NCBI RefSeq assembly: GCF_964355755.1
Contig: NC_092674.1
Span: 5,208,001 to 5,272,000 of the forward strand
Reading direction: 5' to 3'
DNA length: 64,000 nucleotides
Source of the DNA: Antedon mediterranea
Taxonomy: Eukaryota > Animalia > Echinodermata
The first letter of the stretch is position 1; every line of letters begins with the position of its first letter. The notes beneath the pieces were generated by a model. It was not told where the DNA came from and did not search any database. It saw only the letters and a program-made list of their open reading frames with translations. A program made the translations under genes and the position numbers. Shown here one piece after another: positions 20,101 to 31,520 of the stretch.

Positions 20101-23100
20101 TGCTATTTTTAAATCTTAAAAAAAAAATTAAAATATATATTTATTCAGTTCAACTGGAAACTGAGGAAATTTGATTTAGGGCACCTTAACGTGGGCTTAT
20201 GTGGACACGGAACTCAATGCAACTGTGTCAACTTAACTTAATTGACCTTAACTCAAAGTAATGCACAATTTAAAAAAAATACAGTTGAGTTGAGTTGAAG
20301 ATGGTAAATTGTTTCTGAACGGAAAGGAACTAAAACAAAAAGATTCAGTTTAATGTCAACTACTAAGCACATTGTGCGCACGGTATGGTAAACATGACTA
20401 GCTACAAATAAATAATGTTGATATAAGTTTGCAGTACACCATATACACTCCTAAGGACGATCAAAGCATATTGATTAAAACGTAAAGAAACTCGACAGTT
20501 CTTTTTATAACTAATATATGTGGTGTACCGCAAACTTTATATCAACATTGATTTCACCATGCAAACCTTAAAAAAATATAGCTACAATAAGTTCCACATG
20601 GCTATAGTAATCGTATTTATACTGGTCCCTTTTAGTTCCTTTCAGTTAAAATAAACAAATTATGACACAAATTAAGAAACTTACTGCGCTAGTTGAATAA
20701 CTTGTTCTTGTGTTGTTGGAAGAGGTGCAATATTTAAAACAACATCATTCAGATACTCCTCCAGTTTGGAATCTGTCGGAGGTTCAAAGGTTGGCGGTTG
20801 CTGTGCCAATAATGCCTGCTGTTCCTCCAATCGCTCTGCCTCCAGCCGTTCACGTAACTCGCGTTCCTCACGTTCTTTCTTGCTTTCTCGCTTCGCCCTA
20901 GTATTGGCAAACATCAACGCACTGTTGTTTGTAAGCATGTCGAATAAAGAAACTGGGATATTACAAAAGAGCCGATTTGATTGGTCCCGTTAGAGATTAG
21001 TTGAGTGCAGTGTTTCATAGGAATTCTCAAATAAGTGACAACAGACAAACGGGCTTGTTTTCACAATAAGTTAAATATACCATTTCTACCTACTATTACA
21101 GTGATTGTAAACACCCCACCTAGGTGTATAAATGGATACCTGCTAAGGTCAAGACACAACTGTTATTACTAGCAGCATTATGGAAGTACGGTTTCAACCA
21201 TATGTGTTTGATCAACACATGAATGATACTTACAGCGTATATAGGTTTCACAACATTAGAATATCATTATTATTGTTACACAGTAATTGTCCTTAAATGT
21301 GTTATTTAATCTAGCTAACCAGAAAACATCCACCATACTTAATAGCCCTAATGTAGTAATAGCAAAAAATGTGTACATCAAACAGGAAAGTCTTGCCATT
21401 AAAATGCAGGCATTGCTATAAAGTACACAAGTGAAAGTGAAAAATTGGGATCACACACACACACAGATAAAATGGTAACATGAAATTGATATTACGGTTA
21501 AATAAGTGATGATACTCTAGTCTTATGTATATCTTTGCTTGAGATAAAGGTAAAGGTTGACCCTGGTCTCCCAAATTTCAGTTTATTTTGTTATGCATAT
21601 ACTCAAATAGACCAAATAAATAATGAAATGAAATGAAATGATAAAAAAAGTCACAAAACAAGGTGGAAAAATATTAGAACACTGCACTGTATCTTGGCCA
21701 TTCACACAAATAATTGCTTAGTTTTAGGTGAGAGGAATACAAACCTCAACATAAAAATGTGTGTCTCTTTCTATATTGTAGATAAATGACAGTTTATATC
21801 CATAAAATATGAAAAGACAGCGTATCCAGGCAATTCACACAAATATTTGATTAGTAAATTAGTTTTACTTGAGATAGACATACAAACAAACATATGTTTA
21901 TACATAGATACCAACCCTTTAAGAAGAGCTCTAGATGACCTGCCACTAACTTGTATCTTTGAGTCTTGTTTCACATCCAGGTCTGATGATGCTGGAACAG
22001 GTGAGGCTGGCAAACTAACAAACAAAATGCCAGGACAGTTAAGAGCAGTCACCTTAAGTTTGACAGGGAACTATTAGTGTCCTTAAAGGAGAATATTCTA
22101 TCTAAGAGCCTCCTGTGTTTTTACTTGCGCTATGTGTTGTGTAACAGATGTATATTCATAACCCCACTTGTATATATAACACAAATATTACCTTGTAGAC
22201 GGAGCAAAGTTTACTAGTAAAATGGGCCTTTTCTGATTGACCTCTCCTTTACTTAATTCCTCAAGAGATAAAAACCGTGACCCGGCTCGAATCTAAATTT
22301 CAAATGAGATAAAATAATGATAATTATATAACAGTAAATATTTTCAATTGGAATAAATTGAATACAGATATGTTTAACACATTTATAGTAAAGTAGAAGG
22401 GGACACCTTTAAGCAGTTTGGCTATACAGTATTTCAAGAGATTGTGTCCCCGTAATACTCCCTTGAAAAAAGGGGTTCCAATGTACTTTAATTTTATAAA
22501 TTCCAACCAGACCTTGCCAGCATCATAAAAGCCATCTCCAATGACATCTGTTGCTGATAGTTGCCCTGTCAGTGCATACTTGGCTGGCAATGCGTTATCA
22601 AGAAGCCTTTCCAGTGCAGAGTCGCTGAAGCTGTTCTGTTTTGTAGTTGATTGTTGTATGTCCTGTAAAACTTCTAACCCACTAACAAATAGGCAAAGTA
22701 AATTAACAGTATGTGGATATTTTTTTTATACATTTTGGGCATATTTTGTATATATTAAGCTCTGTCTACACTATCAAATTTATCAAAAGTGATGATATAT
22801 ATCATGTTATGTCATATCACTACCATATTTGGGCACAATACACTTTTTTGGTGAAACAAGTTTACAAGTGTAGACAGAGCTTTAAGCCTACAACTTAAAT
22901 ACAAATAAATTAGTATAGTGTTATCCAAAAGCTTGGCATATATATATTCTTTCTGGCTGTTTTACTTCACCATTTTGATTTAGCTTTCTGCTTTTTTTAT
23001 TTGCATTTCAATTGAGATCCAGCCACTGATAACCACAGTATTGTCAATATTGTTATGTAATTTTTCTTTGGATTTAACATGAAAATATGTGCTATAGAGG

Positions 23101-26100
23101 GCGACAAAGAGATTTGATATAATTTTCATTTGGCTACTTTATTGGTTAAGTGGAGCTGTGGCTTGGTGGTTATGATGCTTGGCTACCAATCTAAGGGTCC
23201 TGGGTTCAAGTCCTGTCATATGTCAGGGTTTTTTTCTCATGACAATTTACAACTCCACTCCCAATTGTTTATGTAGAGCATCTTGTGTATATGTTTGTCT
23301 TGTGAAATTATTAAATAGTTTATCCATCCTGTAATTGGCGGGTTACTCGCTGTTGGATGAGTATGAAATAAAATAAAAAAAGTTAAAAAGTGAAGCACTA
23401 TGTAATGACTAAATGTATGGTCAATTGATAAGGTCAACAATCAATCAATTGATTGATCAATCACTCCGTGGATGATGCAGGATTTTGATAATAATAATAA
23501 GGGTGGGGGGAGGGGGTTATTTGGTTGCTTGATGTTATGTGCTGAACTTAAAAGTCATAATTTGCATTAAAATTCCCAAAATTTAGACTGGGCACCCCTT
23601 TAATCCGACCATGCACTCAAATAATCCTAACTAGCTCACCCTATTTTGCAAAGCTCAGTAGCTATGACTGGATCATTTGCACACACCACCACTGCCCAAG
23701 ATGCAGCTCGTCTTACTTCATCATTGTTGGACTGGAGCAGCTTTAATAACGGGGGAAGCCCTCCTAATCCCCGGAACTGAAACGTAAATAATACATATTT
23801 AAATACTACATTTCTTAAAAGTCCTTTTTTTATAGTGAATGAATGAGAAGCTAAGTGGGGCTGTTATCCATGGCCATAGCATTTTACGCCACATCAGAGC
23901 AGAGGCAGCGTTTGCCTGAGCTCCCTCTATCGTGAAGTAACTTGATCAGTGGGCCTATACCGTTTCTGTCTGACACCTCAACGCAATTTTGAATCATGGC
24001 CTAGCGTAATGTTGAGCACATCTGGTGGCGAAGTGCGCTCTAGAAATCTGCATTATTATTATTATATAGTAGATATGATATATAGTTTAACAGTAACATT
24101 AAAGTGATTATGTGCACATAACATGTATTGTTATTATAAATATCTTATATGGTTATCTCAGTTTATATTATTGTTTATAAAAGACATATAATGAACAAAC
24201 CTGGGCCTTAGCTTCAGAATCTGAAACGAACGAAGCAAGTGCCAACAACGCTTTGCTCTGGACATTTGTATTCCTACAAACAAAAAATGTTATATTCAAT
24301 TCAATTTTATTTTCCAAATAATATTTGTTTTACAATGATAAATAATATTACATTTTAAAACATAAGGAAGGAGCTAGAAAATAGTGTAAACACTAATCAA
24401 GTCCAGTCCCTTTAACATAAATTATACTTAACTAAATTTTACAAATATGGGCAATAATTTCATTAACACAGGCCTAAAAATAAAAACTTAACGGAGAAAT
24501 ATAAAATAAGTTTTAAAACAATCCCATTTATATATTTAAAAATTTAAATATTACTACTCTTCTTCATAAATAAGATAAATAAATAATTATATATTAATAT
24601 TAGAAAGATAATAAAAATAAACCTAACAGTGTTAATAATAATAATATTGTAAGCGCTTCAAATTATTACCCCGATCATTTTTTTTTATTAAACATCAATG
24701 GAAACATATTCTCATTACATTATTACAGCTAGTAATTGATCTCACCGCGTACCCATTTACATCTGGGTGGAAAGAGGCAAACATAAGTAAAGTATCTAAT
24801 TGCCTAAGGACACAAGCAATGCGGTTGGAGTTGGATTCAAACTCATTATCAGTAATCCAATGTCTAACACACTGCGCCACAGACTCTCTAAAAAAGTCCC
24901 CTTTATGAGGTTGAGGTATTGGCCATGGAGGAGATCCTGTGATTTGTAGCAAGCTACTGCACTGTGCAACACAATAAAGAGACAATGCCGAGGAGAGACA
25001 AGAGCAATAACAAAATGCAGTCAAATGCACTACTTACGAAGACTGCATTGGGGCGATTAGAGCCCCAACCACTCCTTTTCCCAGAGTTTCTGTACGAAGG
25101 ATCTCATCAGTGGCTAAGTTAGTCAGAGCAGATGCAGCGATTGCCTGAGCTCCCTCTTTACTGTCGTGAAGTAACTCGATCAGTGGGCCGATGCCGTTTC
25201 TGTCCGACACCTCAACGCAATTTTGAATCATGGCATTTGTCAGGTTTGCTATTGCTAATGAGGATGCTTCACGCACGTCTTCGTTTTCACTTGTTAGAAG
25301 TTTTACAATTGGTCCAATACCATCTGAAATTGTTAGCAAATGAACATACCTGTACTATACAGCCCCATGTACAGCCAACATAAAATTATTTTAGAGTTGG
25401 TTCTTAAGGTACCAAAATGGTTATCCTTGGTGGGTCATAAATAAATTCAGCTTACCATATTCAAATATAGTGCTCCTGCTTAGGGGGTTCTCAGCCATAA
25501 TTGCAAGGGCTTGGCAGCATGATGCCTGCACTAGCGGACTTTCAACTTCTAACAAGACAATCAACGTCTTCTCTCCTTCTTGTTCATGGAAGATCTTGCA
25601 ATTTTCGCCTGTATCACAAATAATTCATAATAACAATTGATACAATACAAATAAAGTTGAGGATAATGACAGATTGGATATAAAAAAAAAATATTGTTCA
25701 GATACACATGGATAGATGCATAGATATATTTGATAAATACAGATATTAAATGGATAGATAATACTAATAGAACATAAATAGAAGATGAGCTTTACTGTTT
25801 CTGGCTGCCCTTGCTATTGCTCTGGCAGTGTAGCTTTGTACTTCTGGTATCTGTGATTCAGCAGCAAATGCCATCAGCTTCTGAAGACCACCAGTACTCT
25901 GAATAAGTTCCATGCTCTCAACATCTTCCAGACAGTTAGCCATCACAAGAAGAGCATGCACATGTAATTCTTCATATTCCTGAAAGAACACAATGAGAGA
26001 GATTAATGAGATGGAGTGGAGGGTCCTGCTGGGATCAAATCCTGTCAGATACCATGATTTCTTCTCATGACAAAACAAATCCACTCAGAAAGACTTATAA

Positions 26101-29100
26101 TAAGAGAATCTTTTGTATCTCCACCATTTGGCTAACCTTGGCCTAAATGAGAGTAATAATCTGCTCTAATGGAATATCAGGTCACTGATCAGCTTTAGAT
26201 AAGTGGATATAAGAATCTAATTACAGCAAGATTAATTTAATCATATGATTTAATTAAAATAAACTGATTAGAATATGCTTATCATTTATGTTCGTTTTCA
26301 TAATACTTTGTAATTATTCTTGCACACTAAATTTTTGAACAGATATGCAGCAGTTGGAGGAATGACTGCACTGTTCACTTGGCTGCCACCTAGGGGACTC
26401 TGTAATAATAATAATAATATCTACCATAATTTATTGATTGTATTAAATCTGACATAATTGCAAGGTCATACCTAAGTACAGTAACTGAAGACCATACCTT
26501 ATTTCCTATGAAGTCTACAAGAATCTCCAGACCTTCAATCTCCCTCATGGCTTCTCTGTTGTCTACTTCTTGAGTACAGGTTATCAAACACTTGAGGGCA
26601 GTCTCCTGAATTATCGGATACTCTGATTTTAGAAGCTCTAACAATGGAGGCAGTCCACCAAGATTCCTGGAAAAAATAATTCAATACTTAATAACCTATT
26701 TAATAGAATTGAAGAAAAGGAACAGTTGAAAAGGTTGTTTTTAATATGTATGTTTTTAATATACATGTATTAACATACAGTATGGGCTGGATATAGGTTA
26801 AGCTAACACAGTAGACCAAACAAGTGTCCCGTTAATAGTGTCCCCTTTGGTCATAGTGCTAAACAACTTTATTTCACAATAGTGGTGTCCCTTGAATAGA
26901 GTGTCCCCTTTGGTCATAGTGCTAAACAACTTTATTTCACAATAGTGGTGTCCCTTGAATAGAGTGTCCCCTTTGGTCATAGTGCTAAACAACTTTATTT
27001 CACAATAGTGGTGTCCCTTGAATAGAGGTGTCCTAAAAAGGGGGTTCTACAATACTTTTTAACAGACGGTATGTCTTAAGCTCAAACTTTATGTGACAAA
27101 AAAATGTGATGTGCCCATATGAACATGATCATGTCATATCACTACCATATTTAAGCATATCACTACCATATTAGGCACATCACACTTTTTTGTCACATAA
27201 AGTTTTATAGTGTAGACAGAGCTTAAGCTTCAAAGATGAACTGACATTCTACAGACCTGATCACAGATCGACATGCGTAATCCTGCAGTAACAAAGAGAT
27301 GGCTTCTGCAGCATTCTTTTGGACATCTGCATCAGGATCTGATAATAGCATTATCAAAGGCTCCAAACCATCGTTCTGCATTATCTGTTCCTTTGAAATA
27401 AACTCTTGTGCCATGTTTAGTAGACATAATGTGGAGAACTCGTGAACTAACGTTTCCTCTAGAAATACAGTATAAAAAAGATGTTTTAATCTTTTTATAA
27501 TTATATATTATAATACTGTACTTTATATATTGTTACCCAATCACAATTAGTTTGAAAAGAATTTGATTTTTGAAAAGTTAAATTATACTATAAACACAAA
27601 CCAACAATGGTGATGGTAGTCTATGAGTGCCACTTACATGGATAAACCAACAATAGCCCTCTCTCTCCAAAGAGAGGATACATTTACGAAAAAAAGAAAT
27701 TCAGTTTAGGATATTATAATCCAGTTATAAAACTGCCAAAAGGCTTGTGAATGGCAAAATAATAATTGCTTTTTGTTTTGTTTATATATTTAGACAAATT
27801 GCCAAGGAAAAACCATAACTGGATTCATTTACTTATCCTTCTTAAAGCAATCCTGTTCACAAGACAAACAAGATGCTGTACATAAACAGAGTCTTAGTCT
27901 TTGGGAGTGAAGTTGTAAATTGTCATTATAAAAAATCCTGAAACTGACAGGACTTGAACCCAGGACCCTTGGATTGGTAGCCAAGCATCATAATCACCAA
28001 GCCACAACTCCAATCGGTTTATATATTAATTTAGAAAATCTAATATATTTTTTACTTCATTTCTTCCATGGGATGTGATCACCAGCATAATTGTTAACAA
28101 TCTATAAATAACTGACACACAGGTTGTAGGAGTCTACAGAGTGTATCACAATTATTATTACTGAAAAACTTAATAAACAGACTTATTATTGTAGTATAAA
28201 TATTATTACCAAGTGCTTTTTGTTTATAATACAATAAATAAAATATTATTAATATTTATCCATCCTTAATTGGTGAGTTACTCGTTGTTGGATGCGTATT
28301 AAATAAAAAAATGAATATACCTTCTGGTCCAAGAAGTTTAATGATATCTGGAATACAGTCAGCTTTCCTCAATAACTTTCTGACTTCAGCTAAAATAAAA
28401 CAAAAATTAAAGAAATATTATTTTAAAAAATTAGAAAAAAACAATGACAGAATAGGTCACATACTAAGTTTATTCACCATAAACTAAAACTCTATCTACA
28501 CTATCAAACTTTATGTGATAAAAAAAATGTGATGTGCCCATATATGGACATGATGATGTCATATCACTACCATGTCTGGGTATATCACTACCATATTTAG
28601 TTTGATAGTGTAGACAGAGCTTAAAGGAATTGAAATAAAATAACAATACATTTTATAAAGTTTCTTTTAAAAGAAGATCTCCATGCAGAAATTGTTTTTT
28701 TTAAAGTTTACATAATAATTGTTATTTAAAATAATAGGGACTAAAAATTCCATATATTATTATGGAATATATGAAATTGCTGTATTGGCTTGCAATACTA
28801 TGGTACTACTAGGTATAGTATTACAGCAGAGTTCATATTTATTTACTAATAGTGTCAAAACAAATCATCATATATGTATAATGTAGCTTTCAATTTGCGA
28901 AACTATGTCACGTTAGTTTATTGTGCGAGATATTCGTGGGACGTGTTGACACAGGTTTAATGGTCTGTAGGTCCAGGCGATAACTGACAACAAATTGATT
29001 GACCTAGGTCAGTATTTGGTCCTCGGTCGTCACAACTCGAAAGCTCTCAACAACAAAAAACCGTAATTGTATATTCTCTTTAAACTTATAAAACTTAACA

Positions 29101-29667
29101 TATTCTTTATATAATGGTCAATTCAATTCATATATATCGGTCGATTTCAATTTCATGTATTCAATTTCTTAAGCACAAGTTGTGCTTAAGAAATAGAATA
29201 TTGATGAAATGTCTAAAATAAAGAGGGTATAAATGATCTGGTTATGTTAATATTCAATTATTAATAATATCTGAATAATCAATAAAATCTCACACGAATA
29301 TTAACTATGATATTCTGTGAATTATGTAAAACAGATTACTGTATAAATAATTCATAAATAAATCATGAAAAATTAATTTGTTATTTATGGATGGAATCGA
29401 TAAGTGATTTAAAATATGATGTGCCAAGAAGTTTAAGAGAGTTTATAAAAAATAACAGACAAAGTTGATCTACAGAAAGTCATTTAAACTAACAGAATGT
29501 CATGTATACTGAACTGAAACTAGATAGGTTTCACCATTATATTTCTCTCTCCAAAAAAAAAGCATCTTTGGATCAACGAAGTGTCCTCTTAATAGGAGTG
29601 TCCCCTGATAGGAGATGGCCATAGTTTTAAAACATATAGCCTCAAGTTTATTTCACAGGGAAGTATC

Positions 29668-29700
<33 letters not shown>

Positions 29701-30939
29701 GCGTCCTCTGCTCAGGGGGTGGTGTCCCAAAGAAGGGGGTGGTATCCCAAAGAAGGGGGTGGTATCCCAAAGAAGGGGGTGATATCTCAAAGAAGGGGGT
29801 GGTGTCCAAAAGAAGGGGGTGGTGTCCCAAAGAAGGGGGTGGTATCCCAAAGAAGGGGGTGGTATCCCAAAGAAGGGGGTGGTATCCCAAAGAAGGGGTT
29901 TAATTGTACACAACTGTACACATCTACAACAAAGTAATCATAATGTTACCATGTCCTGATAGAACTCCTAGGGCCATGATGGCATTCCGTCTAACAATTT
30001 TCTCAACAGAAACAATGAGCTGTAGAAGTGGTGGAATGGCACCCAGCTCCATCAGTAAACCTTTATTTTCATCACCTAATAATGGAGATAAAAATTGAAT
30101 GAATAGTTAGTTTAAACAGAAAAATAGGTGAAATTAAAACCTTTAAGTTATGTCTGTGTATCTTCAATCTAAAGCTCTGTCTACACTATCAAACTTGATA
30201 TGCGACAAAAAAATGTGATGTGGCCATGGACATGATGACATCATATCACTACCATATTTTGCGTACATCACACTGTTTGATAGTGTAGACAGAGCTTTAG
30301 AAATCTGTGATTACCAAAGTATTGGAAACACCCGGATTTCTCCGCAGCCGTGACAAACTGATGGTAAACTTCAACAAGGCAATGTTTTTAATTTCCAAAT
30401 ATAAAATTTCTCTAAAATAAAACTTCTGGCTTCAAATCAATTAACAGTAAAATTCACTTACATTTTTCAGCATATTTGTAAATAGCTTCGCAACCTTTGA
30501 TCAGGATAGTGTCTTCTGGACTACTTAACATCAGCACTACAGTGGCAGCCTTTTTACTTTCAATTGAGACAGGGTCAAACTATAATTTATAAAGAAGTTA
30601 ATAAGAGCTTAACTTAACTATCAATGAAATACATTGTTTAACTATTTCACTATAATATCTGTATGTTTTACTTTTAAGAATAAAAAGGAAACGGCACTGT
30701 GTTAGCTACAATAAACATTTCTATTATTAGTATTGGTGTAGAGTTTACTGTAGTCATGTTTGTAGGTTGATTATACTACTAGTTACTAGAACGACTGTAA
30801 AGAAAAATTTTTTTTTAATCCGATTCTTGTTTATGAATGTTCAAACAACCTTAGGCCTATTAATTTTAAAACATCAACACACGTGACTTACCACATCCTT
30901 AGGAGGAGCTTCATTTTCTTTTTTTGTCTTTTTACCCAT
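17116..30939 (-). CDS. ARMC3: Armadillo repeat-containing protein 3, 18 coding exons, 839 aa
   Basis: Exons (minus): 30939-30892, 30579-30462, 30075-29950, 28389-28321, 27458-27257, 26666-26498, 25979-25796, 25608-25456, 25323-25038, 24273-24201, 23776-23640, 22681-22513, 22292-22192, 22014-21916, 20897-20685, 18729-18567, 17613-17515, 17226-17116. All GT-AG, phases consistent, 2520 nt. Begins MGKKTKKENEAPPKDVFDPVSIESKKAATVVLMLSSPE, has ARM repeats and ends ...HYHRALLFKALADRIGVACTLTRGDYNRAWN...YIVDLIHEPGILM, matching vertebrate ARMC3 as recalled. Confidence 0.96.
17900..18400 (-). mobile_element. 5'-truncated L2/CR1-group LINE 3' end in an ARMC3 intron
   Basis: TRSRKHNFQIPRLNGVGQTSFYYNGIKNWNSLPDCIKATTSTKLFKDKVKEYF is a typical L2/CR1 ORF2 C-terminus, followed by a 3' UTR ending in AATAAATTCAATCAATTC. 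Confidence 0.8.
19797..19998 (-). mobile_element. Degenerate Deu/Nin-domain-like SINE fragment
   Basis: Minus strand reads GATAAAGACTATAAACCGTAGGTC...GCACTTTAAAGAAC...GAGACGAGTAGGGGAGTACCCC, resembling the Deu/Nin SINE core, and ends in AATAAAA...TTCAATTC. Confidence 0.55.
20413..20570. mobile_element. Inverted Penelope-type pLTR remnant with a hammerhead-like relic
   Basis: Inverted repeat 20414-20444 / 20515-20549 flanks CTAAGGAC-GATCAA...TTGATT-AAAACGT, a decayed CUGANGA...GAAAC core. Confidence 0.5.
22758..22881. mobile_element. MITE family A (PIF/Harbinger-like, TIR AGCTCTGTCTACACT), representative copy
   Basis: TTA-AGCTCTGTCTACACT...AGTGTAGACAGAGCT-TTA. Other copies at about 12583, 13669, 14955, 18842, 27079, 28489, 30173, 34543, 34733, 45074, 50328, 54322 and 55952. 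Confidence 0.85.
23151..23237 (+). mobile_element. Short tRNA-derived Pol III repeat (not a functional tRNA)
   Basis: A box TGGCTTGGTGG, B box GGTTCAAGTCC, T-run terminator, no acceptor stem. Inverted sister copy at 27930-28012. Confidence 0.65.
23894..24000 (-). pseudogene. Decayed partial duplicate of ARMC3 coding exon 9 inside a downstream ARMC3 intron
   Basis: Aligns to 25123-25234 in the same orientation, with several substitutions and a 5-nt deletion (CTCCCTCT-A-TCGTGAAG vs CTCCCTCT-TTACTG-TCGTGAAG). Confidence 0.85.
24640..24888 (-). mobile_element. tRNA-SINE, same family as 2400-2716
   Basis: Reverse complement shows GTGGCGCAGTGTGTTAGAC, GCATTGCTTGTGTCCTTAGGCAA and CCACCCAGATGTAAATGGGTAC. 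A partial plus-strand copy lies at about 21115-21275. Confidence 0.75.
26822..27030. repeat. Tandem triplication of a ~63-bp MITE-related unit
   Basis: GTGTCCCCTTTGGTCATAGTGCTAAACAACTTTATTTCACAATAGTGGTGTCCCTTGAATAGA x3. Confidence 0.85.
27930..28012 (-). mobile_element. Short tRNA-derived Pol III repeat, second copy
   Basis: Reverse complement TGGAGTTGTGGCTTGGTGATTATGATGCTTGGCTACCAATCCAAGGGTCCTGGGTTCAAGTCCTGTCA...TTTTT matches 23151-23237. Confidence 0.65.
29715..29898. repeat. 21-bp G-rich minisatellite (GGGGGTGGTATCCCAAAGAA-type, about 9 units)
   Basis: Directly visible tandem units in an ARMC3 intron. Confidence 0.92.
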
Positions 30940-31455
30940 CCTTTTGTTGTCTTGTTTCTATTGTTGCTCTATTATCCTTGAGAGTATGTTGTGATGAGTA
31001 CAGTATCACCTATATTGTGAATGAATGAATGAATGAAAGAGAAACATTTCTATTTATTTTATTAATATTAATTATTATTAAAAATTGATTTAAAAAATAA
31101 TAGGCCTAGCCTAGGCCTAGCCCCCTACTACCATCAACTCACTGAAATTCTACTACTACCATCCAACTCTACTACTAGAGGCTACCTCTTAGTAGTTTAG
31201 GCCTACTGATCCTAGGCTAGGCCTACTACTACGAACCACTTCCTTCCCTCAGCTCCGTCCGTATGCCGGCCTAGCCTAGTAGGCCTCCTACTCCACTCCG
31301 TCAAGAACGGCCAGGCCTAGCTAAGATTTTATACAGAATACCAGAATAAACTAATAATAATAAAGTATGTTACTGTACCGAACCTTTGAAACAGAATCTT
31401 TAATTTATTTTAATTAATAAAACTGCTTTTTTTTGGGTAATAAACACTCATTTAC

Positions 31456-31520
31456 CTTATCAAACTTTCAACATTGTGTTTCGAAAAAGTAATGTTTTGT
31501 GCTGTTGCTACATGACGTCA
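31456..31520 (-). promoter_or_regulatory. Putative ARMC3 non-coding first exon and promoter with RFX X-box-like and CRE motifs
   Basis: Donor AAG|GTAAAT at 31456/31455 pairs with acceptor TAG|G at 31010/31009. GTTGCTACATGAC (31504-31516) overlaps TGACGTCA (31513-31520). Confidence 0.5.

Noticed and set aside
23151-23237. Possible tRNA-Gly(ACC)
   Set aside because: No acceptor stem pairing, atypical anticodon and a dispersed second copy; treated as a repeat.
29648-29937. Overlapping repetitive ORFs on both strands
   Set aside because: They come from a 21-bp minisatellite in an ARMC3 intron.
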